Part shown: piece by piece, positions 37,791 through 51,951 of the stretch
Layout: each line of letters opens with the position of its first letter
Numbering within the stretch: position 1 is the first letter of the stretch
Origin: Octopus sinensis
Taxonomy: Eukaryota
DNA length: 64,000 nt
Reading direction: 5' to 3'
Assembly: GCF_006345805.1 (NCBI RefSeq)
Contig: NC_042997.1
Coordinates: 209,250,001 to 209,314,000, forward strand
Made by a program: the position numbers and the translations under genes
Notes under the pieces: generated by a model
Database searches by the model: none
Told to the model about the DNA's origin: nothing
The model's input: only the letters and a program-made list of their open reading frames with translations

Positions 37791-39034
37791 CCCTAAAATG
37801 AGAGAAGGTTCCGGCACAAATTCAAGGTCTTCAGCATGTGAAGGAGATGCAATAACCGCAACCATTGAAATGGTTTCGTAAACTTGTAAACAAAAGACAA
37901 TCAGAAGCAGCTCAGCAGGTAGAATAATGGTGAAGGGTGGAGAATATAGTAAAAGAAGAAATATTTTCCCAGATGAGTTCCTCTGGGTCAGTGGTTCTCA
38001 AAATGCCAAATACCTGTCTTCCAGGTATTTTCACCTGCACAATGTAAAGGAAATATTTACACTCCTTTATTAATGAAAAAACAAGAAAGTTGGCTTCCAT
38101 AAAATTCTTTCTTTCTCTTTTTTCTTTTTTTTTTTTGTTGTTGATGGTATTGCAGATGTTAAACAGGTAGAAGACTTTTAAAACCATTTTAATCTTCTTC
38201 AACCCATTTTCTTACCAGATTTCTATTAAAATATTTTGTGTTTCTTTCAATTACTTTAAATATAACAAAGAACTTAGTAAAATAACTTAGTTATCATTAA
38301 GCTAGTGTCAGGAACATAAATTGTGACTAAGGTTTGGTGGAAGATTTTAATTGAAAACTTTTGAAAACAAGACATTTGTACTACAGAGCCAGAGGCAGTT
38401 TCAGCTGGGTTATCAGACCGAGTGCAAAAGGGTTAACTAAGGTAATTTTCAAAAGGGCTAACTAAGCTAATTTTCTGCATTATTTCTAAAAAAAACTGCT
38501 CAAAGCAGTCCCTGATTGTCTGAACTGTGTGGGGTCATGGATTAACACAATGGAAAATGGTTAATTTTCTCTTCGTCAAGGAAGAAATTTTTCTTCTTTT
38601 GTTTCTTTTTCTTTTATTTGTTTTAATCTTAGGACTTCAGTAAATCTGAGGCACTGCCTTGAATGGCTTTAGTTGAACAGATTAACCCCAGAACTTATTT
38701 TTTAAGCCTCATAGTTAATCTACTGGTCTCTTTTGCTGAATCGATAAGTCACAAGGATATAAACAAACCAATACCAGTTGTCAAGTAGAGGGGAGACAAA
38801 CACAAACACACACACATATATAATATATATGGCACACAAGGTACCAGACAATGGGATTGGACCTAAAAACCATGAGGTTTCCTAGCCAGCTTCTTAACCA
38901 CACAGCCTCTACAAATCTACTTTCAAACACCATAGGGGCCGGCTGTAAACCTTAACCACGATACAGGTCTATATTTAAGAGATGAGGAATTCCGTACATT
39001 ATTTACATTTGATGGAGATTTGTTGTTTGTTGTC

Positions 39035-39080
39035 AACACAACATTTCGGCTGACATACCCTCCAGCCTTCATCAGGTGTC
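39035..39080 (-). ncRNA. Minimal type I hammerhead motif (same family as 33.7/33.9 kb)
   Basis: GACAC CUGAUGA A GGCUG GAGGGUAUGU CAGCC GAAA UGU U GUGUU. Confidence 0.75.
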
Positions 39081-39107
39081 TTGGGGAAATTTCGAACCTG
39101 GGTTCAA

Positions 39108-39141
<34 letters not shown>

Positions 39142-39459
39142 ATTATTATTCAGGTCACTGAATTGAACTCGGAATCTTGGGGTTAGTAGCTTATGCTCTT
39201 AACCACTACACCATATGCCCATGGGCAATTTTGGAGTGAATTTTAGGGCTTATAAATCTAATATTCTCCTACCCTTCCTTAATACCGGTTCCCATATGCT
39301 ACTCATATCTGCACTCGGTTTGCTTAGGAGGTTGTTGTGTCCTAGCATATGTGCTGCTTCTCTTGGTTTTCGTATTTTCCTGTAGTCTTCTCTGCCTATT
39401 ATTTCAACTTCATCCCACAGGGGGGGGGTCTCCATTAGCTATGATTATTTGATTATTAA

Positions 39460-39820
39460 AGCACCATCCATTCGTGGCCAAAGCCAGCCTCGCCTGGCCT
39501 CCATGCCGGCGGCACGTAAAAAGCACCATCCGATCGTGGCCATTGCCAGCCTCGCCTGGCCCCCGTGCTGGTGGCACGTAAAAAGCACCATCCGTTCGTG
39601 GCCGTTTGCCAGCTCCATCTGGCACCTGTGCAGGTGGCACGTAAAAAGCACCCACTACACTCATGGAGTGGTTGGCGTTAGGAAGGGCATCCAACCATAG
39701 AAACACTGCCAGATCAGACTGGGCCTGATGCAGCCTTCTGGCTTCCCAGACCCCAGTTGAACCGTCCAACCCATGCTAGCATGGAAAGCGGACACTAAAT
39801 GATGATGATGATGATGATGA
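39460..39820 (+). mobile_element. RTE LINE 3' UTR fragment (3 subrepeats)
   Basis: Same 63-bp subunit and tail as the 28.1-29.8 kb element. Confidence 0.85.
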
Positions 39821-39849
39821 TTCCTTGTATATACCATCTTACACTCAAC

Positions 39850-40130
39850 ATGGTTTTGTTTGTACCTAAGTACCCCAACTTGACTGCAAGGCTGGCCTAT
39901 CACAAGGGCTAAGAGACTGATAACAGTACTTAACTCTGTGAGAAAGAATTCATTCTCATCTCTAGTAATAATTCCATTCAAAAAAGAGCAGGGGAGAAAA
40001 AAAATAGACACAGATCTCTCATGACTGCAAGGGCTCTCAATAATCAACTGTCTGTTGGTGTCATGTGACAGGTCATGTGGAATCCATTTTATGGTCTTTG
40101 GCATCAGTTTTCTAACCCATTTCAATTCAT
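39850..40130 (-). pseudogene. Mariner transposase fragment
   Basis: KWIPHDLS (WVPHEL-like) and FLNGIITRDE (FLxRIVTGDE-like) in one frame. Confidence 0.7.
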
Positions 40131-41590
40131 GATAGACAGATAGTTTATACAGTCAACCTAGAATTTCCTATTTAAATCCCTATCTGTAATGATAGGAATT
40201 TCTGTAACAGCAACTTCCATTGTTCTTTAATCAAATTCACAAGAACAATTCTCTCTTGATTCAACCTTCAGATCAGAATTTGGATCTTTTCGCTTTGACC
40301 GGCAGATTTTTTTAATAATTTCTTTGTAACTAAACACTTTTAGACTTCGTATACTGGTAGTGTGTTACATTAAACATCTTTTTCTCTTGGCTTTCTTGAG
40401 AAAATTCTGTAGTTTGTAAGCTATTTGTTGTTTAATTTCTTGCATTTTGGCAATTTCAACCAATCAATGACGTCTATTGAGGTGAATACAATTTCTCCGG
40501 ATCTTTGTCAACAACAAATTCCCAATTGTGAAATGGGAAAAACCAAATCCTACAATTTCTTTCATTTCATCTACATCACACAAGTGCTTTGGTGTGATGT
40601 TCGTGTTGTCCAACCCTTGACCTCTTTATGAAATTGCAAAGCATAACATGAGGAATGTGGGTTTTTTTTTATTACTCAGATCAAACGTGAGATCAGTTTA
40701 AAAGCTTTTTCTGAAAGTACAAGAAAAGCAATCCATCAAAGAAGACCCATCAATCTGAGCAAAATTGCAGTTGTGGCAGATACTGGTGGCTGCAAATGGC
40801 ACCTGTGGCTGGTGGCACATAAAAGTACTCATTACTTTTATGGGTACTTTTAGTGGTTGGCATTAGGAAGAGCATCAAGCTGTAGAAAACCATGCCAAAT
40901 CAGAGTGGAGTCTGGTGCAGCCTTGCAGCTTCCCAGCCCTGGTCAAACATTCCAAACCATGCCAGCATGGACAACGGACATTAAATAATGTTGATGATGA
41001 TGATGATGATGATTATGACAACGACGATGATGATGAAACAGAACTTAATTAAATCCTGTTCAACATTTTTGGCTCAAGAATCAGACAGATCTTTCATAAC
41101 AACCTCACAGAAAAAAGTTCATTATCCCATTTATAAATTTCTTCCTTCTATTTCACAAAAGCATCGCTGAGTTTACATTGATAACTGATATTTCTAATAA
41201 ATTTGATCAGTTTTACATCCTTCTGTCTCATATCTCATTATTTCTTTATCCTTTGATCTTACGATAGCTTGTATTGAAAATAGTACCAAACATATCCCTT
41301 TGCTAATTGTTGCTCTGATTGGTCTTAAGATAATGACCAGTACTTAATTATAGCCCTATTCATGTATATCTTCTGTTATTTCATCATATAACAATTTCTT
41401 CATATACATCCTCGGTTACAAGTTTATTTGTGAAGTGAGCCATTCCTCTGTATTGGAATATTTTCATAGCATCAAGTTTGAGGTTTAAAATATGAAATCT
41501 TGAGTTACGAAAATGAGGAATTTGAAAGTGTGTGTGTGTGTCTTTAATAGACATACATACACACACAAGTTATATATGTGATACATACAT

Positions 41591-41623
<33 letters not shown>

Positions 41624-41724
41624 GTTAATCCAAACATGAAAACACAAAGAGAAAATGCAACAACGCGAGGACGTGGAACAAATATAGCATTATTGGACGC
41701 TCAGGAAGGAAGGGAAGAAGGGGG

Positions 41725-41759
41725 GTTTTACGTTTCAAGTGGAGCTCTTCATCAGAAAC
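41725..41759 (-). ncRNA. Minimal type I hammerhead motif
   Basis: GUUU CUGAUGA A GAG CUCCA CUU GAAA CGU A AAAC. Confidence 0.7.
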
Positions 41760-42192
41760 ATAGGAAAAGGAAAGATACAGAGAAGGGAAGACAGAGGAAA
41801 AAAAAATCACCAACGGTACACACACGGTCACATTTAGCCGAAATGTCTTGTTCAGTTGTGCACCTGGTCTCACAGAAATATTAGATAATACCCCAAAACC
41901 GCAAAATGCTCATGTAGGACTTATAGTGAGCAGCCAGTTAAAGGCCAGTGCAACACAGAAGCTGTGGTCAATAAAGAAGTAGTGTTGATCAACACCAATG
42001 GAATGACACGTACATAGAAATATGCTGTGACAAAGGAGGGCCCCTGTATGGCCAGATTGAATAATCACAGATCCTTCTTTAGACTTCAGGAAAGAAGGGA
42101 TGTTGCAATTATAGCCACCTATATATGGTGACTGAAAGAGGAAACGAAGCTGTATAACATCAACTGGAGATTAGTGGAAAGTTTGGGGCCAT

Positions 42193-42231
<39 letters not shown>

Positions 42232-42985
42232 GTTTAACGTCCGTTTTCCGTGCTAGCACGGGTTGGACGGTTCGACTAGGGGTCTGGGAAGCCAGGGGCA
42301 GCACCAGGCTCCAGTCTGATCTGGCAGTGTTTCTACAGCTGGATGCCCTTCCTAACGCCAACCACTCCGCAAGTGTAGTGGGTGCTTTTTACGTGCCACC
42401 TGCACAGGTGCCAGGGGGGTCTGGCATCGGCCACGATCGATTGGTGCTTTTAACGTGCCACCGGCATAGAAACCAGTCGAGGCGGCGCTGGCAACGGCCA
42501 CGTTCGGATGGTGCTTTTTATGTGCCACCAGCACAGGTATCACAACTACTATTTCCATTGATATTTTTGTTTCGATGTTCATTTAATCATCATCATCATC
42601 ATCATCATCGTTTAGTGTCCGCTTTCCATGCTAGCATGGGTTGGACGGTTCAACTGGGGTCTGTGAAGCCAGAAGGCTGCACCAGGCCCAGTCTGATCTG
42701 GCAGTGTTTCTACGGCTGGATGCCCTTCCTAACGCCAACCACTCCGTGAGTGTAGTGGGTGCTTTTTACGTGCCACCCGCACAGGTGCCAGACAGAGCTG
42801 GCAAATGGCCACAAACGGATGGTGCTTTTTACATGCCACTGGCATGGGGGCCAGGCGAGGCTGGCAATGGCCACGATCGGATGGTGCTTTTTACGTGCCA
42901 CCGGCACGGGGACCAGGCGAGGCTAGCAACGGCTACGAACGGATGGTGCTTTTTACGTGCCACCGCCACGGGGGCCAGGTGAGAC
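42193..42985 (-). mobile_element. Two tandem RTE LINE 3' UTR fragments
   Basis: Two (CAT)n tails (42193, 42587), each followed by the conserved block and subrepeats. Confidence 0.85.
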
Positions 42986-43079
42986 TGGAAATAGAATATG
43001 CCGGCTCTGCTTGACAGAGAGGAGACTCTTTCTAATTCACCTGATCAAACAATGCAGACAGGTGTATTGTTTATAGGTA

Positions 43080-43196
43080 AAGGTACAAAATGTTAGGAAA
43101 GTATGTGAAGGTGAAAGCTTCACTGCTGTAGGCTGCAAGTTTGATGTCAATGAACCAACCATTCATTCCATTTATAAAATATGTGGAAATGATTCA
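43080..43196 (+). pseudogene. Possible pogo/Tigger transposase N-terminal HTH fragment
   Basis: KVQNVRKVCEGESFTAVGCKFDVNEPTIHSIYK resembles the Tigger/CENP-B-type HTH pattern GxSxAAVGRxxxVNESTIRxI. Confidence 0.45.
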
Positions 43197-44279
43197 TTTA
43201 TCACTGTTTTTTTTTCTGTTTTCTCAACCAAATCCCGTGTTAAACGAGGATGGATGTATATGACCATGTAAAAATATAAAATATAGTTATATGAGACTCG
43301 TAAAGTTGGATAATAGGTAAAAAATAATAAAACAGCTGTATAGAAGACTGCTGTGGTTTACCCTCACTGGTGCTTCGTTGGTTACCCCAATGATTCGATC
43401 AATGGAACAGCCTGCTTGTGAAATTAACATGAAAGTGGCTGAGTACTCCACAGACCTGTATACCCTTAACGTAGTTCTCAGGAAGATTCAGTGTAACACA
43501 GAATGTGACAAGGCCAGCCCCTTTTCAATTACTGGTACAACTCATTTTTGCCTGCTGAGTGAACTGGAGCAGCATGAAACAGAATGACTTGCTCAAGGAC
43601 ATAATGCACCACCAGTCCCTCCCTCTCCAACTGCTTCTGCTGTTTAGAAATCACACGATCCATGTACTTTCTTGATTTCAAAAAGCGAGTTTTTCAGATG
43701 TTGCCCTCATGAAAGCAAATACACTAAGAACATGCATATGTATACATGCATGCATGTCATTTTATGTGTGGATCTGTATGCTTTGACTATATATGTGTAC
43801 AAATACATAAGTTCATATGTCTATTACTAGAATGTTTTGTATGTTTTCACAACCCCGTTAATGGTCCATAATTTTGATTTTTTAAAAATTAACAGCATCC
43901 TTCCAAGATTTGTGATGCCTAACTTCTCAAGCTTTGTGCTTTGCTCCATTAGCCTAAGTGGGTGGAGGTGCATGGTTCGGTGGTCAGGATGTTGCACTTA
44001 TGATTGTGAGAGTGCAGTTTCAATTCCTGGACCAAGCAACGCTTTGTATTCTTGAGCAAAACACTTCATTTCGCATTGTTACAGTCCATTCAGCTGGCAA
44101 AAATGGGAAATCCTGCAACACACTGGTTCCCATCCGATATATACACCACAGAATCCAGCAAACTGACCTTATGAGTCTATGGCTCGGGAAGGAGCTTTGA
44201 TGTGTTTAACCCAGGTGTAGTATGTGGAGGGTTTTCATTATACCAGCATAGATATTTCCTTTTTCTTTTATCGTTACCA

Positions 44280-44553
44280 GCGTCGCCTTACTGGCACCTG
44301 TGCCGGTGGCATGTGTAAAAAGATTCGAGCGAGGTCATTGCTAGTACCACCTGACTGGCCCCGTGCAGGTGGCATGTAAAAAGCACCCACTACACTCTTG
44401 GAGTGGTTGACATTAGGAAGGGCATCCAGCTGTAGAAACCCTGCCTGATCAAGATTGGAGCCTGGTGCGGCCGTCTGGTTCGCCAGCCCTCAGTCAAAAT
44501 CGTCCAACCCATGCCAGCATGGAAAGCGGACGTTAAACGATGATGATGATGAT
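44280..44553 (+). mobile_element. RTE LINE 3' UTR fragment
   Basis: Conserved 3' block and (GAT)n tail. Confidence 0.85.
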
Positions 44554-44954
44554 TGTGTTCATGTCTGCTTCACAACTGATTTACTGCAACTATGAACTCT
44601 TCCTTTTCTTGGGTCCAGGTTATTATTTCTGGTCTATAGTATTATTCTACCATTATTCCCTCATATTGTGAGTATACCCCCAACAACACTCACTTATTTG
44701 TTCACTGTGAAGCAGAGAATGTGAATACAATGTTTGAATCTTACATTGGATTCACCTGAAATTCTTTTGAAATAAACAAACATTTCAGCAACATCATAGA
44801 AATATTGATATATGCCTTTCTGGAAACAGATGTAGCTCTGAAAATAAGAAATTTAATTCTGATATCATTGGTAAATTTATTTGTTCTGTCAAACTGTTCA
44901 ATTGTAATAACAAACCTTGATCACTCAATTTCTCTGAATCATATACTCTTCTAC

Positions 44955-45155
44955 TCTTTTACTTGTTTCAGTCATTTGACTGTGGCCATGCTGGAGCACC
45001 GCCTTTTAGTTGAGCAAATTGAGCCCAGGACTTATTCTTTGGAAGCCTAGTACTTATTCTGTCGGTCTCTTTTGTTGAACCGCTAAGTTACGGGGATGCA
45101 AACACACCACCATCAGTTGTCAAGCAATGTTGGGGGTACAAACACAAACACACAA

Positions 45156-45196
<41 letters not shown>

Positions 45197-45505
45197 CAAA
45201 AAGCACTATCCGACTCGTGGCCGATGCCAGCACCGCCTCGACTGGCTTCCGTGCCGGTGGCACATACAATACACCAATCCGACCGTGGCCGTTGCCAGCC
45301 TCACCTGGCACCTGTGCAGGTGGCACGTAAAAAGCACCCACTACACTCACGGAGTGGTTGGCGTTAGGAAGGGCATCCAGCTGTAGAAACATTGCCAGAT
45401 AAGACCGGAGCCTGGTGCAGCCTTCTGGCTTCCCAGATCCCCGGTCGAACCGTCCAACCCATGCTAGCATGGAGAACAGACGTTAAACGATGATGATGAT
45501 GATGA
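44955..45505. mobile_element. SINE A 3' half (minus) joined at its (TA)n to an RTE 3' fragment (plus)
   Basis: Junction at about 45200 inside (TA)n. Confidence 0.8.
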
Positions 45506-45749
45506 TATATATATACATTTTTATTATTATTTTGCAACTTACTTAATCATTGAGATTGTATTGTTATTATAATTTTAATATTTCTATTATATGTAATTTT
45601 CTAGATGGTGTAATTTAATTGTTCATTTTGAATTGATAAAAGGTGTTTTCTTTCTAATTTATATATATATATTTATATTATATTATGTGAAATTTGATTT
45701 AGTATTTGAATTTTTCCCAGTAAGTTAGGAATAATATTCCCTCAAATAA

Positions 45750-45805
<56 letters not shown>

Positions 45806-46399
45806 TACATGCACATATACAACAGGCTTTTTTCAGTTTCCGTCTGCCAAATCCACTCGCAAGGCTTTGGTCAGCCTGAGGCTATAGTAGAAGACACTTG
45901 CCCATGGTGCCACGCAGTAGGAATGAACCCGGAACCATGTGGTCGGTAAGCAAGCTACTTCCCACACAGCCACTCCGGCACCTATGAAATATATTTTTTC
46001 ATATAAATCTTTCTCTTCTTAATTGAAACTGTAAACCAATTTCTAATCACAGGCATAAATGTTTCCACACACTTAAATATCTTCAACCATTTGTTACATG
46101 ACAAAGGCAGGACACTTTGCATGAAATGATTTCTCTTTGTAAGCAGTGTCGTCGAAATACAAGTGTTGCAACTTTAGGAAAAGTATGAACCATAATTGTT
46201 TTCTTCCCATGAGAACCACTTTGTCTCTGACTCCTCGTCTGAATTTATTGGGATAATTTCATTTATAATTACTTGAGGTTTTATTAACAACAAATTTTTA
46301 TAAGCAGAAAAGAAAAAGAAGAAAACATTAAATGCATAAAAGATCAAAATATTGCGAGAAAAAAACCCTAACTGCCTCACCAAGGTTGTGAATCCTCAT

Positions 46400-46746
46400 A
46401 GGTGCAGGAGTGGCTGTGTGGTAAGTAGCTTGCTTACCAACCACATGGTTTTGGGTTCAGTCCCATTGTGTGGCACCTTGGGCAAGTGTCTTCTACTATA
46501 GCCTCAGGCCGACCAAAGCCTTGTGAGTGGATTTGGTAGACGGAAACTGAAAGAAGCCTGTTGTGTATATTATATATATATATATATATATATGTAGAGA
46601 GAGAGAGAGAGAGTTAGTGGTTGTAGTAACCAACTTAGGGATAAAATATCTGTATATACTATCAGTATCCATTACCTGTGTTAACCCCAGGCAATGGTGT
46701 ACAGGTTCTATCGATGAGCTGGTTATTCTATGTTTTTCTCCATTTG

Positions 46747-46791
<45 letters not shown>

Positions 46792-47015
46792 ACGTATGTA
46801 TGTATGTATGTATGTTTGTGTGTTTGTCTCCCCAACATTGCTTGACAACCGATGCTGGTGTGTTTGTGTCCCTGTAACTTAGCAGTTTGGCAAAATTGAC
46901 TCACAGAATAAGTAGTAGGCTTACAAAGAATAAGCCCTAGGGTTAATTTGTTTGACTAAAGGTGATGCTTCAGCATGGCTGCAGTCAAATGACTGAAACA
47001 AATAAAAGAATAAAA
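46400..47015 (+). mobile_element. SINE family A with an expanded or interrupted centre
   Basis: Head at 46400, tail at about 46970-47015. Confidence 0.85.
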
Positions 47016-47847
47016 GAATTAGATTTACCTAGAAAGCCCCCCCCCTCTGAGGTACAAGTCCAAGCAAGTTTGTTTATGGAAGACCAGCAGTTACCCATGC
47101 ATACCAGCCTCTCCTCTCCACATTATCCAAGAGTAAGGCAGAGGCCGATATAGCTTGGCACCAATGACATCACAACTCATTTCTACAGCTGAATGACCTG
47201 GAACAATGTGAAATAAAGTGTTCTGCTCCACACAGCCCAGTCCAGGAATTGAACTCACTATATCATGATTGTGAGCCCAATGCTCTAACCACTGAGTCAT
47301 GCACCTTCACATAATCAACTTGTATCATAGAGAAAATATTTTTCCCAGTGGTCCTTATTACTGCAATTCAGAAAACTTTGGAACAGCTGCAAAAGCATTC
47401 ACTTCCTAACCACAGGTATGACAACATTTTTAATAATAATAAAAAAAAACATATAACTATCTTACTCTACCACACCCAATGTTACACAATCTTCAGACGA
47501 AATGAACCAAAGCCAACGGCTGTAAATTATAACCCTGAGCTGTTTCTGCTTTATAAGACCTGACTCTTAGTACCATGTACTTTGTCAATGGTGCTGCTTG
47601 CACTTTAGTACAATAATTACTGTATATATTAATATATATATATATATATATACACTTTCACACACACATCAGTATAATTGTTTACATTATAGCTAATTAG
47701 ATAATTGCAGTATAGATATAATTAACTATTTCTTTTATAGCTAATTGTGCTATATTTTTGTGTGTGTGTCTGTCTGTCTGTGTGTCTGTCTGTCTCTCCC
47801 TCTCTATTTATCTATCTATCTATTCTCACTCTCTCTGTATTATATAT

Positions 47848-48569
47848 CATCATCATCATCATCATCATTTAGCGTCCGTTTTCCATGCTAGCATGGGTTG
47901 GACGGTTCTACTGGGGTCTGTGAAGCCAGAAGGCTTCATCAGGCCCAGTCAAATCTGGCAGTGTTTCTACGGCTGGATGCCCTTCCTAACGCCAACCACT
48001 CCGTGAGTGTAGTGGGTGCTTTTTACGTGCCACCCGCACTGGTGCCAGACAGAGCTGGCAAACGGCCACGAACGGATGGTGCTTTTTATGTGCCACCGGC
48101 ACGAGGGCCAGGCGAGGCTGGCAACGGACACGAAACGGGGCGGTGCTGGCAACGGTCGCGAAACGGAAAGTTCTCTACATGCCACCGGCACTGGTAACAC
48201 ATCTGCAATTTCCATTGATCGATTTCCATTGATCGATTCGATTCTGATCCTCACTTGCCTCAATGGGTCTTCACAAGCAGAGTTTCGACATGCCACCGGC
48301 ACTGGTAGCACATCCGCAATTTCCATTGATCGATTTCGATTCTGATCCTCACTTGCCTCAACACGTCTTCACAAGTAGAGTTTTGTGTCCCAAGAAGGGA
48401 AGGTATGCATACGTAGGCTGGCTCCATCCCATGTAGAAGGCCACGGGTTGTGGACTCACTTGTCCTGCCGGGTCTTCTCGCGCACAGCACACTTCCAGAG
48501 GTCTCGGTCTCTAGTCATTTCCTCAGTGAGACCTAAAGTTCGAAGGTCGTGCTTCACCACCTCGTCCCA
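47848..48569 (-). mobile_element. 5'-truncated RTE-clade LINE: ORF C-terminus plus complete 3' UTR
   Basis: 48569-48456 encodes WDEVVKHDLRTLGLTEEMTRDRDLWKCAVREKTRQDK*, then a UTR with subrepeats and a (GAT)n tail. Confidence 0.9.
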
Positions 48570-48837
48570 TTCTTTTATATGTTTATATGTTTCAGCGTAT
48601 GAAAAGGGGTGACAGTGATTTTGAGGTTTCAGCTTGCTAGCCTTTGTCGGGGCCGGCAGAGAAAAACTTCAAAGTCCCTGTCACCCCTTCCCTTGCAAAA
48701 AGCATAATAAATATGTACTCTATAGAAAGCATTGAATAATTCCTCAGTGTAATACTAAATTTTTTTGAAACAACTTGACATACAAAACAAATATTAATAT
48801 ACAAACACACACATACACACACACATATATATATATA

Positions 48838-49234
48838 GGCACAGGAGTGGCTATGTGGTAAGTAGCTTGCTTACCAACCACATGATTCTGAGTTCAGTCC
48901 CACTGCATGGCACCTTGGGTAAGTGTCTTCTACCATAGCCTTGGGCCAACCAAAGTCTTGTGAATGGATTTGGTAGAGGGAAACTGAAAGAAGCCTGTCG
49001 TATATTAATGTATATGTATGTTTGTGTGTTTGTGTTTGCCCCCCCCACCACCACCACCAACATCACTTGACAACCAATGTTTGTGTGTTTACATCCCCGT
49101 AACTTAGTGGTTCGGCAAAAAGAGACCAATAGAATAAGTACTAGACTTACAAAGAATAAGTCCTGAGGTCAGTTGTTTGACTAAAGGTGGTGCTCCAGCA
49201 TGGCCACAGTCAAATGACTGAAACAAATAAAAGA

Positions 49235-49235
<1 letters not shown>
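48838..49235 (+). mobile_element. SINE family A, full length
   Basis: Head through tail match. Confidence 0.88.
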
Positions 49236-49281
<46 letters not shown>

Positions 49282-49326
49282 GCATGTATGTATGTATGTA
49301 TATGTATGTATGTATATGTATGTGTG

Positions 49327-49369
<43 letters not shown>

Positions 49370-49409
49370 CTATGTATAGGACAACCACATTATATTGGCA
49401 AATAGCCTT

Positions 49410-49445
<36 letters not shown>

Positions 49446-49449
49446 TGAC

Positions 49450-49850
49450 CCATTCATGCGTAGGTCGTTGCCAGTTCCACCTGACTGGCTCCCCCCCCCC
49501 CCGTGTTGGTGGCACATAAATAGCACCATCCAAAGGTGGTCCATACCAGCCCCACTGCCCCAACTGTGCCAGTGACACAAATGTGCCAGTGACACATAAA
49601 AGACACCATCTGAACGTGACCAATGCCAGTGCCGCCTGACTGGCTTCTGTGACGGTGGTACATAAAAAGCACCCCCTACACTTGCGGAATGGTTGGCATT
49701 AGGAGAGGCATCCAGCTGTAGAAACCTTGCCAGATCAGATTAGAGCCTGGTGTGGCCTCCTGGTTTGCCAGTCCCTAGTCAAACCGACCAACCCATGCCA
49801 GCATGTAAAGCAGACGTTAAACTATGATGACGATGATGATGATGATGATG
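49450..49850 (+). mobile_element. RTE LINE 3' UTR fragment
   Basis: Subrepeats, conserved block and tail. Confidence 0.8.
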
Positions 49851-50228
49851 TATGTATTTATGTATGTATTATATAAAATCCGTTCTGTCTGTCTGTGTGT
49901 GTGTCTTCTAGGATCTCTGGCATCCTCCATCCGATTGCACACCAACAGTATCAGGGTGTGTATAAGTCTTGAAAAAATTACAAAAATCGATTCCAGGTGA
50001 GAATGCGATCGATAAAGCCGTGGGAACGTGCATTTGTAAAATCGTTTTTCTTGGAATAGAAAAAAAGTCTATCTTTATTTCTTCTTTTGCTGGTGTCTAA
50101 AATTTAGATTAAATCAGTGTTTCTCAAAGGGGAGGCCTATGGGACGGTTGGACAAGTTGTTTTGAGAAAATTTGGTTTAAATGTTTGACAACTCAGCACC
50201 ATCCATTGAACGGGTGGAGGGCGTTTTC

Positions 50229-50276
<48 letters not shown>

Positions 50277-51353
50277 CACATATATATAGACACACATACG
50301 CACATATACACATACACACATATACACATACGCATATATACACATACATATATAATTACCTTACCAATATTGTCTTCTATTTGACACCCGATTCGCATGG
50401 AAATATTATTGGCATATTTTATAGCCATTGGAAAGGTCGTGGTAATCTATGGCAAACATTTAATTACATTTAATTAACATTTAATTAGCTCTTATAACAT
50501 TGCATGTGTTCACCAGTTTCTAAGATTGTAATCTGGGTCATTATGAGGGAAAAAGTTCTTCAGCTCTGAAATACTGGTTGTCAGCAGACCATATCACATA
50601 AAGCATACAGCAGTGAGGGTGGGAGGGATAGCTGTGATGAGACGGTCATGGTGGTGGTGGTGGTGGTGGTGGTGGTGGTGGTAGTGGTGGTGGTGATACT
50701 GCTGTAGGGAGAGACTGATGCTGCTGGTGATGATAATGGTGCCCATGGTGGTGGTGGTGGTGGTGGTAATAATGATGGTTGTGGTGGTTATGATGATGGT
50801 GATGTTAGTGGGGAGAGCTACAGAGGTGCTAGTGGTGGTGGTGGTGGTGGTGGGGGTGGTGGTTGTGGTAGTGGTAGCAATGTGAAGGTGGGACCATAGT
50901 AGTGGTGGTGCCGCTACTGCTGGTGTTAATAGTTATGTTATGGTGGTGGTGGACATTGTGTTGGTATTGAGAGTGGTAGCGGGGGGTGGGGGTGATGGGG
51001 TGGGAGGGGGTGGGGAAGTGAAGTGCTGGTTGATGTTGGTGTAAATGGAAGTGAAAGCAATCAATTGAAGTCATTGACACTTTGCACTTGTTCTTTGATT
51101 CAGTGATGGACAGTGGCGGCGGCGGCGGAGGGGTGGGTGCGTGGCGGGGTGGGGGGTGGGGGGCTTGAGGAGGTTTCTGTGAACCTCCAGTCACCGTTCT
51201 TTCCCCCCACCCCCGACGGAAACAAGTCCTTGGACAACAATAGACAATAGACAATGCTCTGTCATGTTCTACACACACACACACACACACACACACAAAT
51301 GCACACACGCACAACTATCTAACAGAGCTCAGTTGATGTTATTGTCCTATATA

Positions 51354-51386
<33 letters not shown>

Positions 51387-51534
51387 TGGTAATTATAAAA
51401 GCACGAACACTGTCCTATATGAAAGCAGTAATTCAAGCAACACACACACATACACACACTAAGGGACACATCAACAGACGCTGTATACACACACATGTAA
51501 ATAAAGCCCCACATATATATATATATATATATAT

Positions 51535-51913
51535 ACCCTTTTACTGTTTTACTTGTTTCAGTCATTTGACTGCAGCCATGCTGGAGCACTGCCTTTAGTC
51601 AACCAAATCGACCCCAGGACTTATTCTTTGGAAGCCTAGTACTTATTCTATAGCTCTCTTTTACAAGGAGGTAAACACACCAGCATTGTTTGTCAAGCGA
51701 TGTTGGGGGACAAACACAGACACACAAACATATACACACATATATATATATATGACGGGCTTCTTTCAGTTTCCGTCTACCAAATCCACTTACAAGGCTT
51801 TGGTCGGCCCAAGGCTATAGCAGAAGACACTTGCCCAAGATGTCATGCAGTGGGACTGAACCTGGAACCATGTGGTTGGTAAGCAAGCTACTTACCACAC
51901 AGCCTCTCCTGCG

Positions 51914-51915
<2 letters not shown>
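51535..51915 (-). mobile_element. SINE family A, full length
   Basis: Reverse-complement match. Confidence 0.88.

Positions 51916-51951
<36 letters not shown>

Noticed and set aside
38010-38035. 21-nt minus-strand micro-exon candidate (CAG|GTGAAAATACCTGGAAGACAG|GTATTT)
   Set aside because: Too short to distinguish from chance without RNA data.
50505-50570. Minus-strand micro-exon candidate ELKNFFPHNDPDYNLRNW
   Set aside because: Weak donor (GTGAAC), no homology recognised, and no phase-compatible neighbouring exon identified.
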